Both the position numbers and the translations under genes were made by a program. Below, piece by piece: positions 17,085 to 24,689 of a stretch of 27,695 nucleotides of DNA. Position 1 is the first letter of the stretch. Each line of letters starts with the position of its first letter. The stretch comes from a virus (taxonomy: Duplodnaviria > Caudoviricetes): positions 1-27,695 of IMG/VR virus record IMGVR_UViG_3300029825_000041; one strand, given 5' to 3'. Under the pieces are notes generated by a model, which saw nothing but the letters and a program-made list of their open reading frames with translations, ran no database searches and had not been told where the DNA came from.

Positions 17085-17540
17085 TTACTCCGTTTTCGGT
17101 TCCTCCAAAGAAGGGCTAGCCGGAGTAGATGGGAAGGGAGTAATTTTAGCCTCTTCTAACTTGGCTGCCGCTTTATCACGAACTTCCGGAGGAATCAGGC
17201 CAAGAAAGAATTCCTTGGACTTCTCTTCGTTATAAGCCAGTTCATAGAACAGTTCGCTAAATGCTTCGGTCTTGCTGAAACGAATCGCCCGATCATCATC
17301 CTTCTCAAAGGCACCGGTTTCCGGATTCTTTTCGCCGTAGGCCCGCAGGATAATCTTCTTGAGAAGATCGATCGTCTTCTTAGCATTGTTGGTTTCGAGT
17401 GCATGCTCCAGATTCTCGATAAGACCACCCTTGGTATACGCCTCGAGTTCAAGCCACTCAAACTTATTCAAGTGAAAGTAGCAAACCAGAGTCGCCGGAT
17501 TACCTTCATAATCTGTATAGTTTACAGGCTTTTTAAGCAT
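17085..17540 (-). CDS. Tail assembly chaperone
   Basis: 151 aa directly after the major tail protein. Motifs MLKK..NYTDYEG, YFHLNK.E, IILRAYGEK and FSKTEAFSELF. Confidence 0.75.
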   Translation of the reverse strand: MLKKPVNYTDYEGNPATLVCYFHLNKFEWLELEAYTKGGLIENLEHALETNNAKKTIDLLKKIILRAYGEKNPETGAFEKDDDRAIRFSKTEAFSELFYELAYNEEKSKEFFLGLIPPEVRDKAAAKLEEAKITPFPSTPASPSLEEPKTE

Positions 17541-17556
17541 AATTATTTCCTTTCAA

Positions 17557-17595
17557 ATAATTAAAATTGGAGCTCCCATATTTCAGGGAGCTCCA
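17557..17595 (-). terminator. Probable rho-independent terminator/attenuator after the major tail protein gene
   Basis: Perfect 10-bp stem TGGAGCTCCC / GGGAGCTCCA (17586-17595 with 17568-17577), 8-nt loop, followed on the minus strand by ATTTTAATTATTT. Confidence 0.75.
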
Positions 17596-17627
17596 TAATC
17601 TCATGTATTTCTGTTTTGGAATTGCAG

Positions 17628-18596
17628 TTAGGGACCCACAGTTGTGAAGTTCTTTACAACAGGTGCAAGAGTCTGATTGTAAATATCCACTACGCCGCCG
17701 ATTGCAACGATGTAGGTTGCACTATTGGCAAGGTCACTTTCGGGATTAAAGGTAAGGATCTTACCGGTCGTATCCCATGTCTTGGAGCCGGTAACAATTG
17801 TCCCATCGGCCTTGGTGACAACAACTGCCTCGCTGACGATCTTGTTGTTAAAGGTCATGACAATATTGGCATTGATGGCCGCGGTCGAAGAATCATCATC
17901 GGGAGTAATTGAAGACAGAGCAAGAGCAGAGGGCGCCGCTTCCTCAAAGATGGATGCAACCTCATCAGGAAGGGGAAGACGGGGGTCGGCACCTTCCGCG
18001 CCATAAAGGACTGCCTCAAGTGCTGTAAGTTTAGCCGCATCGGCAGGCTGAATCTTGGTGCTGTCAATGATCAAATGAGCCGTAGGTTTGGCTCCGGTGA
18101 CAGGTACCTTAGTGGCAGTGAAATCAAAGCTCATTTCTTCCAATTCAGGTGTTTCATTGACAGTTGTATGATCCCGAGCCGAAACACCGAACAAAGAATT
18201 GTATACGAGATGAATTTTAAACCCATGCTCCAATCCATCCGTATCATTGACAATTTCTGTACGGTAGCAAAGTCCGGCAGCAATATGCCGCTGCTGAGCA
18301 ACGGTGATGCCGCCATGAAGTTCTACTTCACCGATGCAGGGTTTGAATTCATCCGGATAGGTATAGCAGCCGATCGTGCCGGCAAACTCTTCCTCGGACA
18401 TGATCTCCAGGTATTTTCCGTTGTCGGCATAGAAGGGAGTTGCTTCTGCACCGGTTGGAGCTTCGTTTACCGAAGTGAGCCCATTCCAGGGCACACCTGT
18501 GGTATAAATACCGGCAGCCATGGGATAGAGAACACCATTTTTAACACCGGTTTCGGCGATTTTTTCGCCGACGGCATCCCAAACAATTTTACTCAT
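17628..18596 (-). CDS. Major tail protein with C-terminal Ig-like (Big_5/SbsA-like) domain (322 aa)
   Basis: Start revised to ATG 18596 (RBS AAAGGAG). Motifs WDAVGEK..ETGVKNGVLY, PWNGLTSVNE and YADNGKY. The C-terminal ~100 aa (IVMTFN...LTFNP..DL..SATY.V.I.GVVD..Q.L....FTT) are Ig-like. Confidence 0.92.
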   Translation of the reverse strand: MSKIVWDAVGEKIAETGVKNGVLYPMAAGIYTTGVPWNGLTSVNEAPTGAEATPFYADNGKYLEIMSEEEFAGTIGCYTYPDEFKPCIGEVELHGGITVAQQRHIAAGLCYRTEIVNDTDGLEHGFKIHLVYNSLFGVSARDHTTVNETPELEEMSFDFTATKVPVTGAKPTAHLIIDSTKIQPADAAKLTALEAVLYGAEGADPRLPLPDEVASIFEEAAPSALALSSITPDDDSSTAAINANIVMTFNNKIVSEAVVVTKADGTIVTGSKTWDTTGKILTFNPESDLANSATYIVAIGGVVDIYNQTLAPVVKNFTTVGP

Positions 18597-18612
18597 TGTT
18601 AGATTCTCCTTT

Positions 18613-18936
18613 TCAAAAATAAAGTGTGAAGACATCGTGGTTAAGCCCATCTGCTCCATAATGAGCAGAAAAAGCACAGTACGGAAGTTCCCGAACTTTA
18701 TCGGGGATCAACGAATCCGGATTTTTATCTACGATCGTAACTAAGTATCGGTTCATACCCAAATAAAGACGATCATTCGAAAAGAAATCTCTTCGGTTTG
18801 AACGCCCATAAATGATACAAGGATACTCCAGTTTAACCGTAGCCGGAGGTTGAAAGTAAACACGCGATATCGCCTGGCCTCTTGTCCCGAGAATGTCGAT
18901 AAATTTATCGTGTAAGACAAGTCTATTACCCGCCAT
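18613..18936 (-). CDS. Tail terminator / tail completion protein (107 aa)
   Basis: Start revised to ATG 18936. Motifs VYFQPP...LEYPCIIY and HYGADGLNHDVFTLYF; precedes the major tail protein. Confidence 0.75.
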   Translation of the reverse strand: MAGNRLVLHDKFIDILGTRGQAISRVYFQPPATVKLEYPCIIYGRSNRRDFFSNDRLYLGMNRYLVTIVDKNPDSLIPDKVRELPYCAFSAHYGADGLNHDVFTLYF

Positions 18937-19243
18937 TATAAAGACCCCCAATCTGCAAAACGATTCGAGGTCTATTGATAGCAAGAGACTGAACCTTCCA
19001 CTTTTGCCCATGCCAAACAATATACTTTATGTACCCAAGATTTGCATAGGCATAATTATCGGCAATAATCGAGATTGAATTATCGAGGTTGAGATTGTCA
19101 TTAACTCCCTCCGTTGGTTGCCATCTCTCTTGATTGAGAATAACATCTCCTCGATAATTCTTCTCGGTTGCTTGGTCCTCCCAAACGCCAGGCGCCGTTT
19201 CGACTTGGGAAACGTAGCCTATCGCGCCTTTGAATTTAGCCAT
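18926..19243 (-). CDS. Head closure / head-tail joining protein
   Basis: 105 aa with RBS GGGAGG. Motifs KFKGAIGY...ETAPGVW, ISIIADNYA and W.GQKWKV; follows the capsid gene. Confidence 0.72.
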   Translation of the reverse strand: MAKFKGAIGYVSQVETAPGVWEDQATEKNYRGDVILNQERWQPTEGVNDNLNLDNSISIIADNYAYANLGYIKYIVWHGQKWKVQSLAINRPRIVLQIGGLYNGG

Positions 19244-19291
19244 AATAGGCTACCTCCCTTCCATTTTGATTTATAGTGCCCGAAAAATCAC

Positions 19292-21223
19292 TTAAGCGCC
19301 AGTCGCCGGAATGGTCTCGAGCTTCCAGAAAGCAATGGCCGAATGCGGCATCGTCAGGGCACCCGAGCAACGAGTTTCAATCAGGTATTTGTACTGGTTG
19401 AAGTCGATGTCAAAGTCGTCAAACATGGCGACATTGCCACCCTTATCGGCGCCGAGAGAATAGTCGTTCATGTTAACAGAGATACCGATCAGACGCTTCT
19501 GAAGACCAGTCGTCGCCTCGCCCGCAGGAGTGATCACGACAACCTTGTTCTCCATAACCGGAACTTCGACGATCTCGCGGGCACGGATGCCGGCAGCCAG
19601 ATCGGCTTCGGTATTGTACAGTCTGCGGCCGGTACTGTCCTTCAGGAGCAGCATGTCGCCGTTGATGTCGGGAGTCGTGAAGAAAGAAGGAGTGCCGGAA
19701 CCCTTATACTGCTTGCGGCCGAGAATGATCTGGTCGATCATCTGAGAAGTGGTCGAAGCTTCCGTGATCTGGATCTCGATGGTGTATACCGAGGAATCGG
19801 TCGCGATCGGACGGATTTTGTCTTCCTTGATCTTGTCTTCAGAAGCAGACGACCGGCCATCGCCGACGAGCTGCGCCCGTGCGATTTCCTCTTCGAGCAT
19901 CAGACGCATCTCAGCACGCAGCCATACCACGACGTCGAAATCGGTGATGTCGATGATGTCATCGCGGTCGAGCTTCTGCTTTTTATACACAGTCTGAGGA
20001 TCGGTGGTACGCTTCATGAGCGTGATAACCTCGTCGGCTTTTTCGTTACCCTTGATGTAACCCCTCGCACGCGCTTCGTCGGCCGTGATGTCAGCCAGGA
20101 CAGTTTTGATACGGCTGAAAGGAACATGCTTAGCGGCGCCGAAAACCTTAGACACCCACTCGGTGTCGCGTTTGATAAACGCCGGAGTGCTAGTCGTGGT
20201 TCTGGCATCCGGGAAGAGATACTCGATATTGTCGATGCCGTAGGTACCGGTATGCATCAGAACGTCATCACGATGCTCATAGGATTCCAGAGCGTCAGCG
20301 AGACTCTCATAACCATGAGCAAGGAAAGCGTTCTTAAGAGTCGACTGAGACTGGCGGGCCTCAGAAAGAATGGTACGCAGCTCGACACGAGTCAGCGCAT
20401 CATGCTTCAGCTCGCCCCCGCCGGCGGCCGACTGGGACTTGTCGAAAATGTTTTTCTTCATCGTGGATTCTCCTTTTTCATTATTAGAATGTTTGACGGA
20501 TTTGCCGCCTTTGGCACCCGCGCCACCTTTGTTTTCCTCGTCTTCTTCATCATCTCCCTCTTCGGAAGACTCAAGAGCATATGCCACCATGGCGTGCATG
20601 ACAGCTTTCTGCTCTTCGGTCATAGTGTCGATTACATCGGCAACTGTTTTCTTTGCCGGTTTAGAAGTCGACTTGCCGTCAGCATGGGAAAGATCCTCTT
20701 CGCCACCTTCATCGTCATCATTTTCCGCTTCACTCTCAAAATCGAGAGCATCGTGAGACAGTACGCCGGCGCAGATGATGGCTTCCGTCTCATCAGTTGA
20801 GACAGTTCCATCGCCATGCTCAAAGGCGAGATTGTCTATGTAAGCTTCGGGATTGGCGCCCGCGATAACGATTGAAACTTCGCGAATGATGCCATGGACA
20901 ACATTTTTACCCTTTTCCACCAGGGAATTTGCATAGATACTAAGCGCCGTGATGTCACCGTGCTTAACAAGCGCTTTGGCTGTCTTGCCAGACTCGGTAT
21001 CATTCAGCGAGCAGTATGCATACACGCCATCTTTGCGATTCTCAAGAACCGCATGCCCGAGGATGTTTTTCGGGTCATTGTGCATGTGCTGGTAAACCAG
21101 CGGAACGGTCTTGCCATCGGCATCTTCAAAAGCATTCTGAAGAATGGTGCGACCGTCCGAGCACTTCAGACCGACCTTAGTGGCATAACCACTAAAATCA
21201 TACTTCTTCTTGCTCTTGGCCAT
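19292..21223 (-). CDS. Prohead protease - scaffold linker - major capsid protein fusion (HK97 fold)
   Basis: 643 aa. N-terminal protease (DFSGYAT, DGRTI, PLVYQH, LSI, IREVSIV..GANPEA), acidic linker, then capsid domain (YGIDNIEYLFP, YKKQKLDRDD, FDDFDIDFNQYKYLIETRCSG). Confidence 0.92.
   Translation of the reverse strand: MAKSKKKYDFSGYATKVGLKCSDGRTILQNAFEDADGKTVPLVYQHMHNDPKNILGHAVLENRKDGVYAYCSLNDTESGKTAKALVKHGDITALSIYANSLVEKGKNVVHGIIREVSIVIAGANPEAYIDNLAFEHGDGTVSTDETEAIICAGVLSHDALDFESEAENDDDEGGEEDLSHADGKSTSKPAKKTVADVIDTMTEEQKAVMHAMVAYALESSEEGDDEEDEENKGGAGAKGGKSVKHSNNEKGESTMKKNIFDKSQSAAGGGELKHDALTRVELRTILSEARQSQSTLKNAFLAHGYESLADALESYEHRDDVLMHTGTYGIDNIEYLFPDARTTTSTPAFIKRDTEWVSKVFGAAKHVPFSRIKTVLADITADEARARGYIKGNEKADEVITLMKRTTDPQTVYKKQKLDRDDIIDITDFDVVVWLRAEMRLMLEEEIARAQLVGDGRSSASEDKIKEDKIRPIATDSSVYTIEIQITEASTTSQMIDQIILGRKQYKGSGTPSFFTTPDINGDMLLLKDSTGRRLYNTEADLAAGIRAREIVEVPVMENKVVVITPAGEATTGLQKRLIGISVNMNDYSLGADKGGNVAMFDDFDIDFNQYKYLIETRCSGALTMPHSAIAFWKLETIPATGA
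20459..20478 (-). promoter_or_regulatory. Internal RBS and in-frame ATG inside the protease-capsid gene
   Basis: Minus strand reads AAAAAGGAGAATCCACGATG; the ATG at 20461 is codon 255, in frame (MKKNIFD). Confidence 0.65.
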
Positions 21224-22472
21224 TGTTCTTACCTCCTATATTGTTCTTATAGAACCCATTGTTGTATGTTGGAACCTTTGAGTTAGGCATGTTCCGATTT
21301 TCGAGTTTATTTGCATGAGGTTCCTCTGAGGGCTTGCGGCCGACGATTTGCCTTAACTCATTCGGCGTCAAGATCTCATTTCTACTGAACACATCGGCAA
21401 TATTTGCAATTTCATCAGCCGGGATCAACCTAAATACATCGCGGAAGCCCATGATTGTTTGCCCCTGAGCTCTTGCTGTTTTTGTCAAGAACTTGCGGAG
21501 CAATTCCTCAACAATGGCTGTCACAATGGGTTCGATTGCCCGGTCATAATAGTTGCGCAAAGCCTGTTCAGTTGCTTTACCATTGAAAATATCTTCAGTA
21601 AACCCAATCTGATTGTAAAACTGTTGCGTCAGATACTGAATTTGTGTGAGAAGATTGTTTTCAACCGGTCTATTCAACTGAGTGATGTGTTCTGTGGAAT
21701 CAGTATAAGCGACACCATATTTGCTTCCTTTAAGTTGCCGCTCAATACCTTTTATACGCTCTTCGGCCTGGAGTTGTCGAGCCTCAGACCGAACCGTATA
21801 CGGAAGTTGAATAATGAGATCGAGTTTACCCGAACTTGACGCATCATCGACAGTATCCAAAAGATTTAACTTTCGGATAAGGCGCTTAAGCGTTGAGTTC
21901 GGCTCGTTCATTATTGCATAAAGAGGGTTTTCGATGATGGCAACCATATTTTTGGGCATCACAATGCGCTCTTTTCGCCCCGTACGATCGTTGTAAACTT
22001 CGACCCGAACAAAGCTCGGATACCAATCTACAATTTTACCAGTACGAAGCTGAAAAATATTATAAGAGCCGGTCAATGTTGGACTTATACTGGTTTCCAC
22101 AGGAACAACAGCAACAGATCCTTCATCAAACATGCTCATGACAATATCCTGGATAAGAGCACGACCAGTTTGGTCTTTATTTGCCTCAACGCGAAGACAC
22201 TGGTTCAACGAGTCGTCGATTGTTTCTAAATACTGGTTGTTTTCATCGATACGAACATGCTCAATGTTGAAACTTGCAACGTCCAGTGCAATTCGGTTTG
22301 TAACGGTTGTTAACAGAGATCGCTCATTGCCGGGCGATAACCGAACGCGAGCAGGATTTTGAGTTGAGTTAAACAAACCCAAATCCTGATGGACATAAAA
22401 CTCAGATTCTGTTTCATTACGTCCCTGAAAAGCGTTCCAAGCATGAGCAAGTCTTTGCCCGATAGTGCTCAA
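21198..22472 (-). CDS. Portal protein
   Basis: 424 aa, TTG start. Motifs NRIALDVA, EANKDQTGR, FDEGSVAVVP, GKLDLIIQLPY and NEILTPNELR; lies upstream of the protease-capsid gene. Confidence 0.92.
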   Translation of the reverse strand: MSTIGQRLAHAWNAFQGRNETESEFYVHQDLGLFNSTQNPARVRLSPGNERSLLTTVTNRIALDVASFNIEHVRIDENNQYLETIDDSLNQCLRVEANKDQTGRALIQDIVMSMFDEGSVAVVPVETSISPTLTGSYNIFQLRTGKIVDWYPSFVRVEVYNDRTGRKERIVMPKNMVAIIENPLYAIMNEPNSTLKRLIRKLNLLDTVDDASSSGKLDLIIQLPYTVRSEARQLQAEERIKGIERQLKGSKYGVAYTDSTEHITQLNRPVENNLLTQIQYLTQQFYNQIGFTEDIFNGKATEQALRNYYDRAIEPIVTAIVEELLRKFLTKTARAQGQTIMGFRDVFRLIPADEIANIADVFSRNEILTPNELRQIVGRKPSEEPHANKLENRNMPNSKVPTYNNGFYKNNIGGKNNGQEQEEV

Positions 22473-22474
22473 TG

Positions 22475-22954
22475 TTAGTCACCGCCTCTCATGAGATTTT
22501 CTTGCTTGTAAGCAACCTTGCCGGTCTTAAATACTCCACGCTGGAGTTGATTAAGATCGTATCCGGCATCTGCTACAGCAGTATGGACCCCGATTTCCCC
22601 TCGTTTTGCAACAAAGCGTAAAACCCGGCCAGAAGGTGCCTGAACATCAGGAATTTTAGCATTCATAAGTTGAGCGAGTTTATTGTTGTATTGAAGAATC
22701 GTACTTGACGAAAGCTTACCTCTTGACGTATAAGACATATCGAGTTGAGTACGTATAAACTCATTCATATCTTTTGAAACAAGTTTTTGAACCTTCTTTT
22801 TGACTTTCTCGCCTTTAGTTGAAGCCCACTTATTGTCCTTCTCGTCAAGACGAGCCTGCCCTCGAGGCGTTAAAGATCCATCTTCGTTTTGGAATCGACG
22901 AATCCCCCATTTCTGGCCCAAAATTCCATGATGTTGAAGGACTGTTTGATTCAT
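22475..22954 (-). CDS. Putative head-associated protein with LQHHGILGQKWGIRR motif
   Basis: 159 aa with RBS AGGAGG; N-terminal motif followed by RFQNEDGSLTPRG. Confidence 0.7.
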   Translation of the reverse strand: MNQTVLQHHGILGQKWGIRRFQNEDGSLTPRGQARLDEKDNKWASTKGEKVKKKVQKLVSKDMNEFIRTQLDMSYTSRGKLSSSTILQYNNKLAQLMNAKIPDVQAPSGRVLRFVAKRGEIGVHTAVADAGYDLNQLQRGVFKTGKVAYKQENLMRGGD

Positions 22955-22987
22955 AATAAAGCCCTCCTATATGGGATTTTGTTAATA

Positions 22988-23959
22988 TTAATATGCAACA
23001 CCAAGAGAAACACGGCGCCAATTTTTACCTGCCGTCGTATTTCCAGAAGGACAAAAATACATATAAGAAGTATCTGCCATGAATTTCATCCCGGAAGCAA
23101 GCGTCCCATTAATACCCCCAACTAATACGTCAACCGGATTGGTTCCGTCATTAAACGTAGCATTTGCCATATCCTCAGAAACGCCGATAGTATTTCCAAT
23201 TATACCAGCAATGTCAGCAGTCAGGACAACATTTGTGCCTGTACCAGCAGAAGCAGTAACTGGAGAATTAGAATTATTATTGATGGCTGCGATAACAACA
23301 AGCGCAGTATTAGCGGCAGTACAATCCGTTCCAGAACCGAGAGTAGCAGCAGCAAATACATTAGTTGCCGCCGTAAATGTTTCTGTTGTAGGAATTATAT
23401 TTCCAAGAGTTCCGCCGATAAAAGCGGTGATAATCGAAGCATTATCTGCAAAAGCAGCGGCGGTGGCTGAAGCATTTGCAATATTACATCCATCTGTTCC
23501 ATTGATTGCAGCAACGATAGCCGCTTGCGCACCGGCCAAATCTGCGCCAATTGAGACTTCTCCGTCGGCGTTTGCCGTTCCAACAGGAACAAAGATGTAT
23601 GTTTTTGCTCCGATGGTAAATGTATCCCCGCTTACAGGCTGCGTATCCACCGTAAGAGTTCCAAACGCCTTAACTGTTTTGCTGGTAATGTCAATTCCGA
23701 TATTTGCCGCTGCCGTTTTTGATTGTGCTGCATCTGCGAGAAATTCATATGTATCATCACCGACAGTAAATGTTTCACCATCAATGCATACACCCGTGAT
23801 GCCAAAAATGGCGCTTGCATTAACCGCATTAACCGGTGTACCTGTCTCACACGAAGCACCGATAATATTAGCTAATATGTCTCCAAGTTTAACATCAGCA
23901 TCGCGTATTTTAGACATACTGTTTAAAACACGCAGTTCTGCTGCAGATAAAGGGTTCAT
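22988..23959 (-). CDS. Ala/Thr/Gly-rich putative virion surface / decoration protein
   Basis: 323 aa with RBS AGGAGG. Duplicated GETFTVGDDTYEF / GDTFTIGAKTYIF units, IVAAING / VIAAINN helices, and C-terminal DTSYMYFC...NWRRVSL. Confidence 0.55.
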   Translation of the reverse strand: MNPLSAAELRVLNSMSKIRDADVKLGDILANIIGASCETGTPVNAVNASAIFGITGVCIDGETFTVGDDTYEFLADAAQSKTAAANIGIDITSKTVKAFGTLTVDTQPVSGDTFTIGAKTYIFVPVGTANADGEVSIGADLAGAQAAIVAAINGTDGCNIANASATAAAFADNASIITAFIGGTLGNIIPTTETFTAATNVFAAATLGSGTDCTAANTALVVIAAINNNSNSPVTASAGTGTNVVLTADIAGIIGNTIGVSEDMANATFNDGTNPVDVLVGGINGTLASGMKFMADTSYMYFCPSGNTTAGKNWRRVSLGVAY

Positions 23960-23977
23960 GATAAGATCCTCCTATTC

Positions 23978-24658
23978 TTATTTTTTCTCTTTTAGATTGA
24001 AGGCTGTCTCAGCAAAAGATGGAGAAAGCTCCTTAACAAGAAGTTTGGCACTTCCAAGGAAAACACCCTTGCTGAACTCTGTAAGGGCCTGACCGCCAGC
24101 ATCTTTAAGCGCCTTTTTGACAAAAGACTCACTTTTCTGAACTTTTTCCGTTGTCAAATTCTTATAAGTGGCCTCGAGTTGAAGCCGTTCATTGAGTTTA
24201 CGAAGTTCCTCATTGGAAAGACCTTCCGGAGACTTGGCCTTATTCTCACGACTTTTGATATGATCTTCAGATTTGACAACCTCGCGATCAGCATCGCGTT
24301 TTTTTCCGGCAGGCGTTCGAGTGCCATCCGTTTTCTGGAATCGCCGAACACCCCACTTTTGGCCTAAGATGCCGTAATGATACAACTGATCAACAGGCGT
24401 CTTTGTATCGATTTTGGCTGGGTTTTCATACGTGTCTTTTTCACCGGCTGATCGGCGTAAAGAACGAATAAGCTCTTCGGCATCTCGCTCATCGCGAAGA
24501 CGAGTGATCAATTTTCTGAGTTCATCTGTTGAAAGATCAGAAATTGCCTTGCTCTTATCCACCTCGATCGGAACGGTCGGTGTAATTGATGCATAATCCG
24601 ACTCATAGTAATAATGAGCGAGATCATTTAGTTTAACAACTCTATTTGCCATTCGCAA
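23978..24658 (-). CDS. Putative head-associated protein with internal LYHYGILGQKWGVRR motif
   Basis: 226 aa with RBS AAAGGAGG; also two LSxxELRKL..RL..E helices. Confidence 0.7.
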   Translation of the reverse strand: MRMANRVVKLNDLAHYYYESDYASITPTVPIEVDKSKAISDLSTDELRKLITRLRDERDAEELIRSLRRSAGEKDTYENPAKIDTKTPVDQLYHYGILGQKWGVRRFQKTDGTRTPAGKKRDADREVVKSEDHIKSRENKAKSPEGLSNEELRKLNERLQLEATYKNLTTEKVQKSESFVKKALKDAGGQALTEFSKGVFLGSAKLLVKELSPSFAETAFNLKEKK

Positions 24659-24689
24659 TACCTCCTTTCTTCATGGTTGCTTGAAATAG

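Larger units (their letters stand above)
5077..19269 (-). repeat. Dispersed oriented 9-mer TCAAAATGG (six copies)
   Basis: Plus-strand ccattttga at 5077, 7019, 9179, 13101, 15585 and 19261; four of these extend to TCAAAATGGAA. Confidence 0.7.

Noticed and set aside
17060-17200. Programmed -1 frameshift joining the two tail chaperones
   Set aside because: No XXXYYYZ slippery heptamer seen near the end of the first gene, and the second gene has its own AAGGAGG RBS and ATG.
14788-19020. ORF-track starts at 14811, 15245, 16409, 18677 and 19020
   Set aside because: They overlap upstream genes; downstream ATGs (14787, 15155, 16286, 18596, 18936) have better RBSs or coupling and match family N-termini.
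19343-20800. 485-aa plus-strand ORF
   Set aside because: Antisense shadow of the capsid gene caused by its biased codon usage; no recognisable motifs.
23079-24092. 337-aa plus-strand ORF
   Set aside because: Antisense to two well-formed minus-strand genes with strong RBSs.
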